Of a stretch of DNA of 64,000 nt, positions 1 through 10,120 are shown one piece after another. Location: positions 84,010,001-84,074,000 of the forward strand of contig OZ024744.1 of NCBI GenBank assembly GCA_964016885.1, read 5' to 3'. Each line of letters starts with the position of its first letter. Within the stretch, counting starts at the first letter, position 1. The notes under the pieces are model-generated. The model did not search any database. It was given only the letters and a program-made list of their open reading frames with translations, and was not told the DNA's origin. The position numbers and the translations under genes are program-made. This DNA comes from Eledone cirrhosa (Eukaryota).

Positions 1-1020
1 AACCGCCGATTATCTCATATCAAAGACAGCACCGAACATGAAGACGATCCTGTATAAGTTTTTTTACATTCATTTTGACCATATTTAACAAAATTAAACA
101 AAAATTCATCCCTTTCTCCTCCAAAGCCTACCGATCATGTATGGCCGATAAACATCCTGCCTTGCACCCGGTTTTCTCAAACAATTATCGTGTCCCGCGG
201 TGCTCTCTACATTCCCGAGGTGCAACTCAATTGGCATGCCGCATCCACGCCCTGTCAGCCGCCATGCACCCTGCCATTTCGTCATGCCTCATCATGTTGC
301 ATCCCTGGCCTGTCAGCCGCCATCCACTCCCCGACCCTTTCCACTGCCTAGGCATGGCAGTCTTGAGGGACCAAGTTGCATCCGTGCCACCGTCAACCCC
401 TACCCTCTTCCTTGCCTGCTGGCCGTCGTCCAACTGCATCGTTATGCCTCAGCATCCATGCACTGTCAGCCACCATCTCCTCCTCGGCCCTTTCTTTTGC
501 CTGACCGCTGTGCTCCTTCAAGACTCCCATGACTTTCTATGCCGCATCAATTCCTTTCCACCCGCTATAACGTCATCAGCATGGCTTATTGTTGCCCCAT
601 TTGACCACCGATTTTCGCAGGCTAAACACAATACCAACGTGCACGATAGTCCATGGTAAATATTTTAATTACATGTTCATCATGCTAAGCAAAGGATGAA
701 TAGCAACTCTTTCATTTCTCCTGACCTGCCTTTCTGTCAATTATGGCCGAGAAGCATCCTGTGTAGCATCGCGTCTTTTCAAGAGATCAGCGTGCCTTCC
801 ACTGTCCTCACAATTGACTCACAACGCCGCATCTATTCCCTGCGACGCCCCTAAACATCATCAGCATGGCTTATTATTCTGCCGCGTTTAATCGGCCCTC
901 ATTCTAGGGCTTAAACAACAAAACCGCAGGATGATGCTGCGTAAGTCTATTTAAATTAATGGTCAACATGCTCAGCAAAACAATTGTACCAATTCTTCCT
1001 CTTCACCTCCAAGGCCTATC
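1..1020. repeat. Divergent ~290-bp repeat units with nested shorter GC-rich repeats, origin unresolved
   Basis: gccgcatc...tcatcagcatggcttatt...catgct[a/c]agcaaa recurs at ~541-690 and ~826-980; tatggccga..a.catcctg at ~140 and ~742; gcatcc...ctgtcagcc[g/a]ccat at ~241, ~299 and ~452. Confidence 0.5.
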
Positions 1021-1634
1021 CATTACATCTTAGAGGTCGAGGTTCACAATTTCTACGATTTCAATATTGACACAACAGTCCGTCAGGTTTTTCGGCACAT
1101 GTTGCTCCGATAGGAATATCAACGTGATTTTCACTTAATTCGTAAGTGTTCAGTCTTCCGTATGCTTTTATTTTTTATTGATACAACACCGACTACAATC
1201 ATCTAACTTCACTTTGTAGGCTAGACGCGAATCACAAGGAAAACAATCCTCTGATATACAACCCCACCAAATTCTTTGGTCTACCTAGATTTCAATGGCT
1301 ATATCCTTTGCTTTTATACGGTTGTACATTTGACAATGTCGCAAAACATTATTCCACTTGATTCTTACCTTTCAGCTATGAGTTGGGCAGTGCCTTAAAA
1401 TCCCGGTTTATTTGCGTGCAATTTTTTGGTATCTTGTGAATGGAGAATCGAAAACCCTTTTTCTCATAACCTGATACATGCGTTACACATGCACCATGGA
1501 TGTTTGTGGACTATTTTTTCAAAATACCAATATCACAGATTGGAGCACAAAAAGAAACGTTTGTTTTTAATTTATTTCGGTTAAAGCATCCTGCTGGAAT
1601 TTAGCGCAGACCCGTTTACACCCAGCGCCTTATA

Positions 1635-2329
1635 ACCCCGAGTGTAACCGGGTACACCAGCTAGAAAGACAAATGGAAACATTGTTTCCTCGGTCCGATT
1701 TGACGAAAATCGATTTAGTTCCACAACAAATTAACAAACCCTAGACACAATTTTGATCAACTGTTTTTCACCTATAGCAAATTTACCGGGGTAGGTTTTT
1801 AACTACTCAAAGCTACTTCAAAGGTCACGCATTCATATAAAAAATCAATAAAACTGAAGCGAGGTTCGACTTTGCGCAAAAAACAAGGCAAAATTGCACA
1901 TGGGAAAACTTTTTACAGGAACGTCCGATTTTCTTGAAAACTGTCGCAAAAGACTCGCCCTTATGTCACGGTTCAGATAAAGTCCCTTTAATTTCTTCTT
2001 CTGCACATGTGAGCGCGAAAATTGTAAACAAAAAAAAAACTGTGAAAGAATCGTCTTTTTCACCCTGCTTTAAAAATCAACTGAAAATTCAATTTCAAGT
2101 GAATTTGACTTCCGTCAGTCGTGCAAAGAACAATTTCAACGATACACTGTGAACCTACAATTGATCCATTATTTATGCTCAGTTACACACCTAAGTCTAC
2201 TATCCTCTGTTTTTTTCCTTGAGGTTCGAAGGTTTTTGCACCTGTGATGCGCATGAAATAACTTTCACACAATTTAACAACAGAGCATAGATCGATTTAG
2301 ACCCGGGCAACGCCGGGTACTTCTGCTAG
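1635..2329 (+). mobile_element. Helitron-like 3' region with two hairpin+CTAG termini
   Basis: acccgggcaacgccgggtacttctgCTAG|T at 2301-2330 and a related accccgagtgtaaccgggtacaccagCTAG at 1635-1664; a GC hairpin about 10 nt before CTAG is the Helitron 3' signature. Confidence 0.6.
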
Positions 2330-2330
2330 T

Positions 2331-2359
2331 ATCTCTCTCTCTCTCTCTCCCTCTCTCTA

Positions 2360-2406
<47 letters not shown>

Positions 2407-2582
2407 GCATATATATTTGTGGTAAGGTTGCTTGGATGCTTCCATAGGCGGTATGCCGTTTGAGCACTTTATACTCCTTCGGACCAGAGTATAATAGTAT
2501 GGAAAACGAAGAATCAGTGATGTATCGAAATACAATTTATTAACGTATTACAATTGTTTCTCCGTTGAACAGCTCGTTCTCC

Positions 2583-2671
<89 letters not shown>

Positions 2672-2730
2672 AAATATATATATATACATATATATGTGTG
2701 TGTGGGGTGTATATGCACACACACACATAG

Positions 2731-2810
<80 letters not shown>
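2331..2810. repeat. Compound (CT)n/(TA)n/(TG)n/(AG)n microsatellite cluster enclosing a ~170-bp unique insert (2420-2587)
   Basis: Directly visible dinucleotide runs. Confidence 0.9.
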
Positions 2811-2813
<3 letters not shown>

Positions 2814-3300
2814 TTAGGTTTTTGCTTTGAACATAGCTGTATACAAATATGTATTTGAATTTCGTATTTCTAAAGAACTAAAGAAATACGGTATGTTTAT
2901 AAATAAACATTGTAAACTGTATTTCTTTAGAAATATGAAATTCAAATACATATTTGTATATAGCTATGTTCGAAGCTAAAATCTATTTCTATTCTATTAT
3001 AAGTTGAGCCAACTTATACAGCCTCATATGCAAATAAGATTAAGCACCTCATTTACGAAGACGAAGAAACTATATATTTTCGCCTGTTTTTTAAAGTCCA
3101 GCAGTTGCAAGAGCAGGAGTGATCGTTCTGACAAAAACAGTTCGAGTTCGAAATGCACCGACTATTGTTCCCCTTGCTTCTGCTGGACATCGCTGGGTGG
3201 TGTTGGCTGCCAGTGATTTTTGTATAGCTACGTCTTTCTAAATGTTTATTTATAAACATATCGTATTTCTTTAGAAATACTAAATTCAAATACATATTAA
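2811..3300. mobile_element. Foldback/MITE-like inverted repeat
   Basis: gaacatagctgtatacaaatatgtatttgaatttcgtatttctaaaga (~2829-2875) is nearly the reverse complement of tctttagaaatatgaaattcaaatacatatttgtatatagctatgttc (~2923-2970); a third partial arm lies at ~3240-3296. Confidence 0.65.
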
Positions 3301-3306
3301 ATGTTA

Positions 3307-4080
3307 GTGGAGTGTAAGAGCGATGACGTCCTTAGGGAGACTTTCCGGTCCAGTACTCCCGAGGAGTTTTGCCAGTTCGATATACGCCTTACATGATTGA
3401 AAGTGCCGTCAGCTAGACCTGTGTAATCTGCGCGCAAGGTGATGAAACCATCATGCACGCACTCGTCGAGTATCCGAATATTGCTGAACTGTGGGGTTAT
3501 GTCGAGCACTTGCCGTCAGGTGTAGGACAGATCCGAATGTCAACTGAGACATTTGTGAAGATCACCCTGCCGTCTTCCTTTAGAAAAGAAGGACAAGCTG
3601 TTTTTATCTGCCAGGTGACCATGGCGAAAGAGATCGTGTGTTGGACCCATTTAAAAGAGTTGAAGACAGCCATATTCCTCTTCGGCAAAGCCCTGATTAA
3701 CTTTTTCAGATTTCACTTGAAGAGGAAAATTAGGGTGGAGAGGGAAGTGCTGCCTTTCAACCAGTTTCTTGAAAGGTGGGTGAGAGTGGTGAGCATGGTC
3801 CGTGTGAATGGGCCTGCCTTGAGTATACGCCTGTACATTGGAGTAGAAAAACTGGGAGATGACACTTTGCCCTAGCAGACAGGGTGATCGTGGCTTTTGT
3901 GGATTTCTACACGAGTGACTCCTTTGGGGAATTTGTATGTTTGTTTTAAAATGTTTATTTTCTTAGTCTCTGTTATAAATTTTATTTTACACAAAAAAGC
4001 CCACACTGTATGGTCCTGTGCCACTTTGATGTTTTCCTTAACATGAGCCCTGTGTGGCGAATAATGAAATTATCATTATT
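3307..4080 (+). mobile_element. 5'-truncated Tx1-type LINE (ORF2 C-terminus + 3' UTR)
   Basis: ORF 3453-3875 (HALVE...LWGYVE...MAKEIVCWT...FHLKRKIRVERE...ERWV) matches the ORF2 C-terminus of the larger copies; it ends gccctgtgtggcgaataatgaaatt followed by ATT repeats. Confidence 0.85.
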
Positions 4081-4250
4081 AACGCCCCTTTATGATGTGA
4101 TTTCAAATCCCGCCGAGGTTAACTTTGCCTTTCATCCTTACGGGGTCTATAAAATAATATACCAGTAATAATTGCTGGCCTTGTGGGATAATTGCTGGCC
4201 TTGTGCCCAAAATAGAAACAATTATTAATATTATTATTATTATTATTATT
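4081..4250 (+). mobile_element. 5'-truncated tRNA-derived SINE with (ATT)n tail
   Basis: ttcaaatcccgccgaggttaactttgcctttcatccttacggggtc...ataattgctggccttgtg (duplicated)...aatagaaacaattatt. Confidence 0.85.
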
Positions 4251-4478
4251 GGACGCACATGTGTGAAGATGTTACAAGTCTTAGGGGAAAAGGGTTCGTA
4301 ACTTTAAGCTGTTTTAAAGTATAATTTATTGTATTTTCTTGTCGATAACGAAGCATAAGGTACCCACCTTGGTTCCAAGGAAGGGGAAACCTCTCAATAT
4401 TCGGGCTTTAAACCCGAATATTCAGATTTATTTTAAAAAACTCAGAAAAAAAAATCGCTTCTCTATCAAAAATGAAAT

Positions 4479-4556
4479 ATGGAAAATGTCGACCTTAAAA
4501 CAGTAAACAACGTACGTGTCAAAAGTTAAAAAACAACCACTATAGAGCTCACCACA

Positions 4557-4630
<74 letters not shown>

Positions 4631-6483
4631 AGACAAGCCTGTCGCCCATCCCACTGAATACAAAAACAAAACACAAAAGTTAACATCACAACCTTTTGTG
4701 ATAGTAACAGTACCATCTCACAATGACATCACCACCACCGCCGCCACCAGCAACACCGCCTCCACCAACACAACAACAACTCAGATCAACAACGACAATA
4801 ACACCGACAGCCTCAATGTAAACACTGATGGCGGCGGCAACAGCAACAGCAGCAAACAAAAAAACAACAAGAGCAAGAACGACAACACCACCAGCAAGAG
4901 CAACGGAGGTACCACCTTTGCAGCGACAGCACCGAAAACAAAGCGCTTTTTCAATGTAGATATTAGCGATAAGGAGCAGCAGTTGGCCCAGGCGTGGATG
5001 TTAATTAAACGAGAGAAGTCCTGGGCTAAACTGACCATCCCGGAGGTGGAAGTAGCGACCATGTAAAGGAGGACGGTGTACTTTCGATGCATTTCAGTGC
5101 TGACACACAAAGTAGAACTCGCCAGCCAAGCAGAGGTCGAGGCTGCTTTGAGGTGTATCGGAAGTGACATCTAGTATATAGCAAGGGCCAAGCAGTTCTG
5201 TACCATCTCAGTACTGTTCAAAACCGAGGCCCTTGCTATTAAGCACTCGGTGACCCTCTGCAGAACGGAACGCATTATCATGCACCCGTCCCACACGGGC
5301 AAAAGGACAGTAAAGGTCCGCATTCCCAGGATCCCACCAGGAATGTATATATGATGGATCCTGGGATGCGTAATCGAGGAGGGGACAGACACTACTCTCC
5401 TAGATATCAAAAGGACAGAGAGAGAGAAGACTGGTCCGTAATGGATTGTGAGATTCTTCTCCAAATGAAACCAGAGGACATCAACAACATACCGTATTTT
5501 TCCCGCCTGCAAGACGGGACAACAATCCAATTAATCGCTGAGGGAGGAAGGCCGCACTGCTTCGTCTGCGGGGAAGCAACGCATCTGCAATCCTTCTGCC
5601 CTCAGCTAAAAAATGCAGGTGGTTGCAAATCTGCTTTGTTGCCAACGCCAGTGTCAGCACGGAAAGCTGCACCACCACCACCAAAAACAACACCAACAAA
5701 GACACGGGTAACCCCACTAACGTAAAAAAACAGCCGGACCACCACCAGCACCGAAACCAATCCAATGGGAAAACTAGGAAATCTCTCCCACTCCCCTACC
5801 CCTCCAATTATACACATATACAAAACAATAAACGCACACACAGAGACAGATACACTCACAGCCACAGACCCTTTGTCTTCCAGCAGCGAAGCTGAAGGAA
5901 AGCCCAAAAGTGCAAAAAAAAAAGCCCCAACAAAACACAAAAACATACACAACAAAAAATACAGACACAACTAACGCAAACACTTCCCCAATAACATCAG
6001 CACCAACAGCAACATCGACACCACCCCCACAATCCCCGAAACGCAAACAACCTAAACAAACACAAGTACAAATAAACACACAAATACCTGAAATTGCAGA
6101 CACCACACCTACTTCAAACACAGACATACCCGAAACAACATCACCAAAACCATCACCACCACAGTCACCAAAACGAAAACAAATAAAACCACACCAACAA
6201 AATGTTAAAAACTTCGTGCTTGTCAGAAGGGCCAATGATAAACTGATGGCCCTCTTAGCATGAAGCGAGGACGTTCAAACAGGGGGGGGGGGCTTTGAAA
6301 TGAGCACATTTGGCGTGCCAAAACATTTGCTTTTGGTCCGAATGTCGCTCGAGCCTTCATCAAGACGTGGGAACCCCGAATGTGAAACCCACATCGAGAA
6401 TTTTAATGGGCTTCCCAAAAGAAACCCCACCAACCATGGAGGTCGAACCACCCGACCTTCACAAGACCCCGGGAGGTAAGTAA
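4479..6483 (+). pseudogene. Tx1 ORF1 (gag-like nucleic-acid-binding protein), frameshifted
   Basis: Low-complexity T/N N-terminus, TFAA motif, zinc knuckle EGGRPHCFVCGEATHLQSFC (ORF 5351-5725), P/T/K-rich tail; ends ...KTPGGK* at 6481-6483. Confidence 0.8.
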
Positions 6484-6515
6484 ACCTTCCCTCTCTCTTT
6501 TAGCTTGCCAACATG
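6474..6515 (+). promoter_or_regulatory. Conserved ORF1/ORF2 junction: AGGTAAGT + pyrimidine tract + CAAC-ATG (also 34445-34477 on -, 49516-49558, 54076-54120, 61434-61477)
   Basis: Identical 8-mer matching the 5' splice-site consensus overlaps the ORF1 stop in all five copies; function is inferred. Confidence 0.7.
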
Positions 6516-9500
6516 GCCATATTAAGAGTAGGAAGTTTAAATGTTCGCGGCCTGGGTTTACCCTGGAAGCAGGGTCGCCTGCTCAACGACCTCAGGTCGC
6601 TAGAAATGGATGTGATTGCTGTCAGCGAGAATTTCCGACACGCATTAGCCCCCATTTTCGACGAGTATCAGATTTTCGCATCTGTTAGCAGGCCGGGAAT
6701 GGGAGGTGGGGTCGCAGTGCTGTTTAGGAAAGGTCTGGATCTCGAGGTAAGGTCGATCTTCCGGGACCCGGACGGTAAGTTGGTGGTTTTGGATGTGAGC
6801 AGTAGCGAAGGTGGTGCCTTTAGACTGCTGGCCGTCTACGCCCCTACAGGGGCCGGACGACCGGACTTCTTTAGGCGCCTGGAGACCTTTCTGGGTACGT
6901 CTCGCCCTTTACTGTAAGCGGGGGACTGGAACGGCATCTTAGACGCAAACTGGGATTGTGTGGGAGTAGCTGATAAGAGCGGGGGGTGCAAAAGCCTCAA
7001 CCACCTAATCAGCCAGTTCCAACTGTCTGACAGGTATCGACTAGATTTCCCCAATTCGCCAGCATGGATATGTACAAACCGCATGGGGTCATCTAGATCG
7101 TATATAGACAGGATCTTCATTAGGAAAATAGATAAAAATAGTGTAGGCTGCCCACTTTTTAAAACGGTCACCTATTCAGATCACAAATTTGCGATCTGTA
7201 TGGTCCACCTAGATAAAACGCGTAGGTTGGGACCGGGTTACTTGAAGCTGAGCATATCATTTCCGGCACGTAAGGCTTACAGGGACCGAGTCAACAATTA
7301 ATTAAGCAAAAGTTGACTTGGGGGGGGGGGGGGGGATCATCAACAACAGATGGTGGGGGGCTCTCAAAAGAGAGATTAGATTAACTTCGATAGTGTTCAG
7401 CAAAGAACTAGTATTAGAGAAAAATAGAAAGGAGGGGGAGCTGGTAGATAAGTTAGACGAGGCTATTTGTAGTAGCATTGCAACTGACGTGCTAGCGGCG
7501 AGAATGGCATTAGACCATTTCTTCAATGCGAAACACGAAGTTTGCATTGTCAGAGCTAAGGCGCGTGCGCTGAGAAACAAGGGGACCAAAGCTGTTCGAT
7601 GGGCCCGCGTGGCAGAGTAGCAGCGTGGTAATAAAACCACAATTCGGTCTTTGGCGGACCGAGACGGACACGAGATAAGCGATTCCAAGCGGATGTGTGA
7701 GGCCTTTCGCCAGCACTTTTCTCGGTTGTTAGGGGAGAGTGGCGAGTCAGAGAGAGTAGCGGATTTCAGTCCCTACCTTGACGGCTTGCCGTGCATCTCA
7801 ACAGTCGACGCTGAGCGCAGCGAAAGGCCGATTACTTCAGCCGAAATTCAGGACGCTCTTGTCGGCTGCATGAGACGCAAGTCACCCTGTTTGGATGGCC
7901 TGCTCTACGAGCTTTACGTAAATATGCCAGATTTGTTCTCCGATCTCCTCGAAGCACTCTACTGCAACTGACAGCAAAATGGGAGTATTCCCAGTTCTGT
8001 GAGCTGGGGAGTTGTGACGCTGATAAAGAAAGACGAGAATAAGAGGGATACATTAGACAACTTCAGGCCCATAACTTTGCTCAATACAGAGTTTAAGATT
8101 TTGGCCAAGGTGTTAGCAAAGAGATTAGCGCTTGTCGTCGAGGATTTGGTTGGAGAGGCGCAAACTTGCGCAATCCCATTCAGATCCATACACGACAATC
8201 TCCATCTCATGCGATACATCATAGAGAGTGTAGGGTGTAAACCTGGCTTCGGTGGGGCACTGATCAATTTAGATCAATCAAAAGTATTCGATAAGGTCGA
8301 AAATCGGTATCTGGAGTTTGTCCTCAAAGTGGCTGGCTTCGGCCCTGTCTTCAGAAGCTGGATCGCTGCAATGCACAGCGGCACGCGCTCGGTGGTCAAG
8401 GTTAATGGCCACCACTCGGAAGCATTTCGGCTCTCCCGATCGGTCCGTCAAGGGTGCCCTCTCTCTTCCCTTCTGTACGTATTGACTCTCGAGCCTTTAC
8501 TGCGGAAACTGAAGCTGTTGCAGGGCATATCGCTCTAACCGGGACGCGGAAAGGCAGTGTCGGCTTATGCGGATGACATCACCGTGATTGTGTCGGACAC
8601 CTCAGTAATCGAGGTGGTCGGCACCTTATTGAAGGAATATGAAAGGTTGACAGGAGCCAAACTTAACCCAGAAAAGTCGGCGGGGAGGGCTTGTAGCTCG
8701 GAATCTGGGGAGGCAAGCCTATGCCGCCCAAAAGCGTCGTAGGGCGCTGGACGGACGGACCGGTAAAGTTGCTCGGGGTTTGATTCGGACCAGTCCTCCA
8801 GGTGGATAAGAAATGGGATGAGGTAACGAGCAGAGTAGCCAGTCTCACCCAAAAATCGGCTGGGAGGAAGCTATCACTGAAAGGTTGCGCGGATGGGCGA
8901 ACGCGTGCTTCGCGTCCATCATCGACTACGGCCTGACCGTCGTGCCTTGCCCCCGTCCGCGCCTCATAAGTTGGAACGGCTCCTCTTCCAATTCTTGTGG
9001 AGGGGACAATTGGTGAGGCGGTCCATCTGCTGCCAGCACCCTCTACACCGAGGGCTGGTCGTGCTGTGGCTAATGACGCGCCGATATGCGTTGATCTGCG
9101 ACATCTCCCGATATTCTGCCTAAACGGTGATCAGGTGTGGTCGCTGTTTATCAGATGGGCCTTTCCGCAGCTCGTTTCTTTGACTGAGCTGCAGTCCTGG
9201 GTCAAGAAGAAACCGAGACTGGGTGACTGGTACCTGGAATGTTGCCAGGCACTCACAGCCCTCTGCCAAGCGTCGAGTTCTATAGAGGATTAGTGGTGGG
9301 CAAATGCGATTACACACTCGGAGAAGCTTTGGGCCTCGACGAAGTCGAACTGCCCAGTCCGTACCGGAGGACTTTCGAGTCGGGGATGATGGACAATTTC
9401 CAGAAATCCCTCGCTTGGCAGTACTACCGGGGGGCACTGCCGGTTCGGGATAAACTCTACAGGCACGGAAGTGCTGTCAGACGGATCTGCCCAAGATGCG

Positions 9501-9820
9501 CACAGAACGACGAAACCGTTCTGCATGCACTTGTCCTGTGTCCGTGCATTACTAACTTGTGGAGATATGTCGAACAGCTACTGTCGCGTGTGGAACGAAT
9601 CCGGCTATCGGCCGAGTCCATAGTGAAGATCGATCCATCGCGTTCCTTAGGTCAGGAGAAGCAGGAAATTTTTCTCTGTCTGGTGGCAGTTGCGAAAGAG
9701 GTTATATGGTGGACCAGATTAAAAGGACTGAAGACAGACACTTTTCTCTTCGGCCAATCCCTCCTCAACTACTTCAAGTTTCACCTGGAAAGGAAGGTGA
9801 GTGTGGAGAGAGAAGTGCAA
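6513..9820 (+). pseudogene. Tx1 ORF2 (AP endonuclease-reverse transcriptase), disrupted
   Basis: APE motifs SLNVRGL, AVYAP, GDWN, SYIDRIF, YSDHK; RT motifs NFRPITLLNTEFKILAK, LDQSK.FD.V, VRQGCPLS, AYADD; C-terminal CPRC...ETVLHALVLC. Confidence 0.92.
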
Positions 9821-9903
9821 ACCCCACAGTCCCTATCTTTGTATTGTCCCCTACATGTCGGTCCTTGTGGCTAATAAATGAAATCATTATTATTATTATT
9901 ATA

Positions 9904-10120
9904 GGGCGGTGGATTGGCAGTATCGGTAGAAGGTCGGACGCCATGCTTTGACGTATGGAGTTACGGCCCTTGCCATTCTGAGTTCAAATCCCGCCGAGGT
10001 TAACTTTGCCTTTCATCCTTACGGGTCGATAAAATAAAGTACCAGTAATACACTGGGTAATTGCTGGCCTTGTGCCAAAAAGTAGAAACAATTATTATTA
10101 TTGTTATTATTATTATTATA
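9904..10120 (+). mobile_element. Full-length tRNA-derived SINE (Deu/Nin-type central domain) with (ATT)n tail
   Basis: Box A tggcagtatcgg, box B gagttcaaatccc, core gcctttcatccttacgggtcgataaaataaagtaccag, tail gctggccttgtgccaaaaagtagaaacaattatt. Confidence 0.9.

Larger units (their letters stand above)
4251..9900 (+). mobile_element. Near full-length decayed Tx1-type (L1-clade) non-LTR retrotransposon, copy A
   Basis: Two-ORF layout flanked on both sides by (ATT)n; ORF1 has a CCHC knuckle; ORF2 has APE, RT and a C-terminal cysteine motif; 3' tail is ccttgtggctaataaatgaaatc(att)n; part of the ORF2 end/3' UTR is deleted near 9820. Confidence 0.93.

Noticed and set aside
6476-6503. 28-nt GT-AG mini-intron between ORF1 and ORF2 of copy A
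   Set aside because: It is too short for typical spliceosomal introns, and an acceptor AG after the pyrimidine tract is not present in the other four junctions.
9904-9995. tRNA gene
   Set aside because: Box A and box B are present, but there is no complete cloverleaf and each copy continues into the same core and tail, so these are SINE heads.
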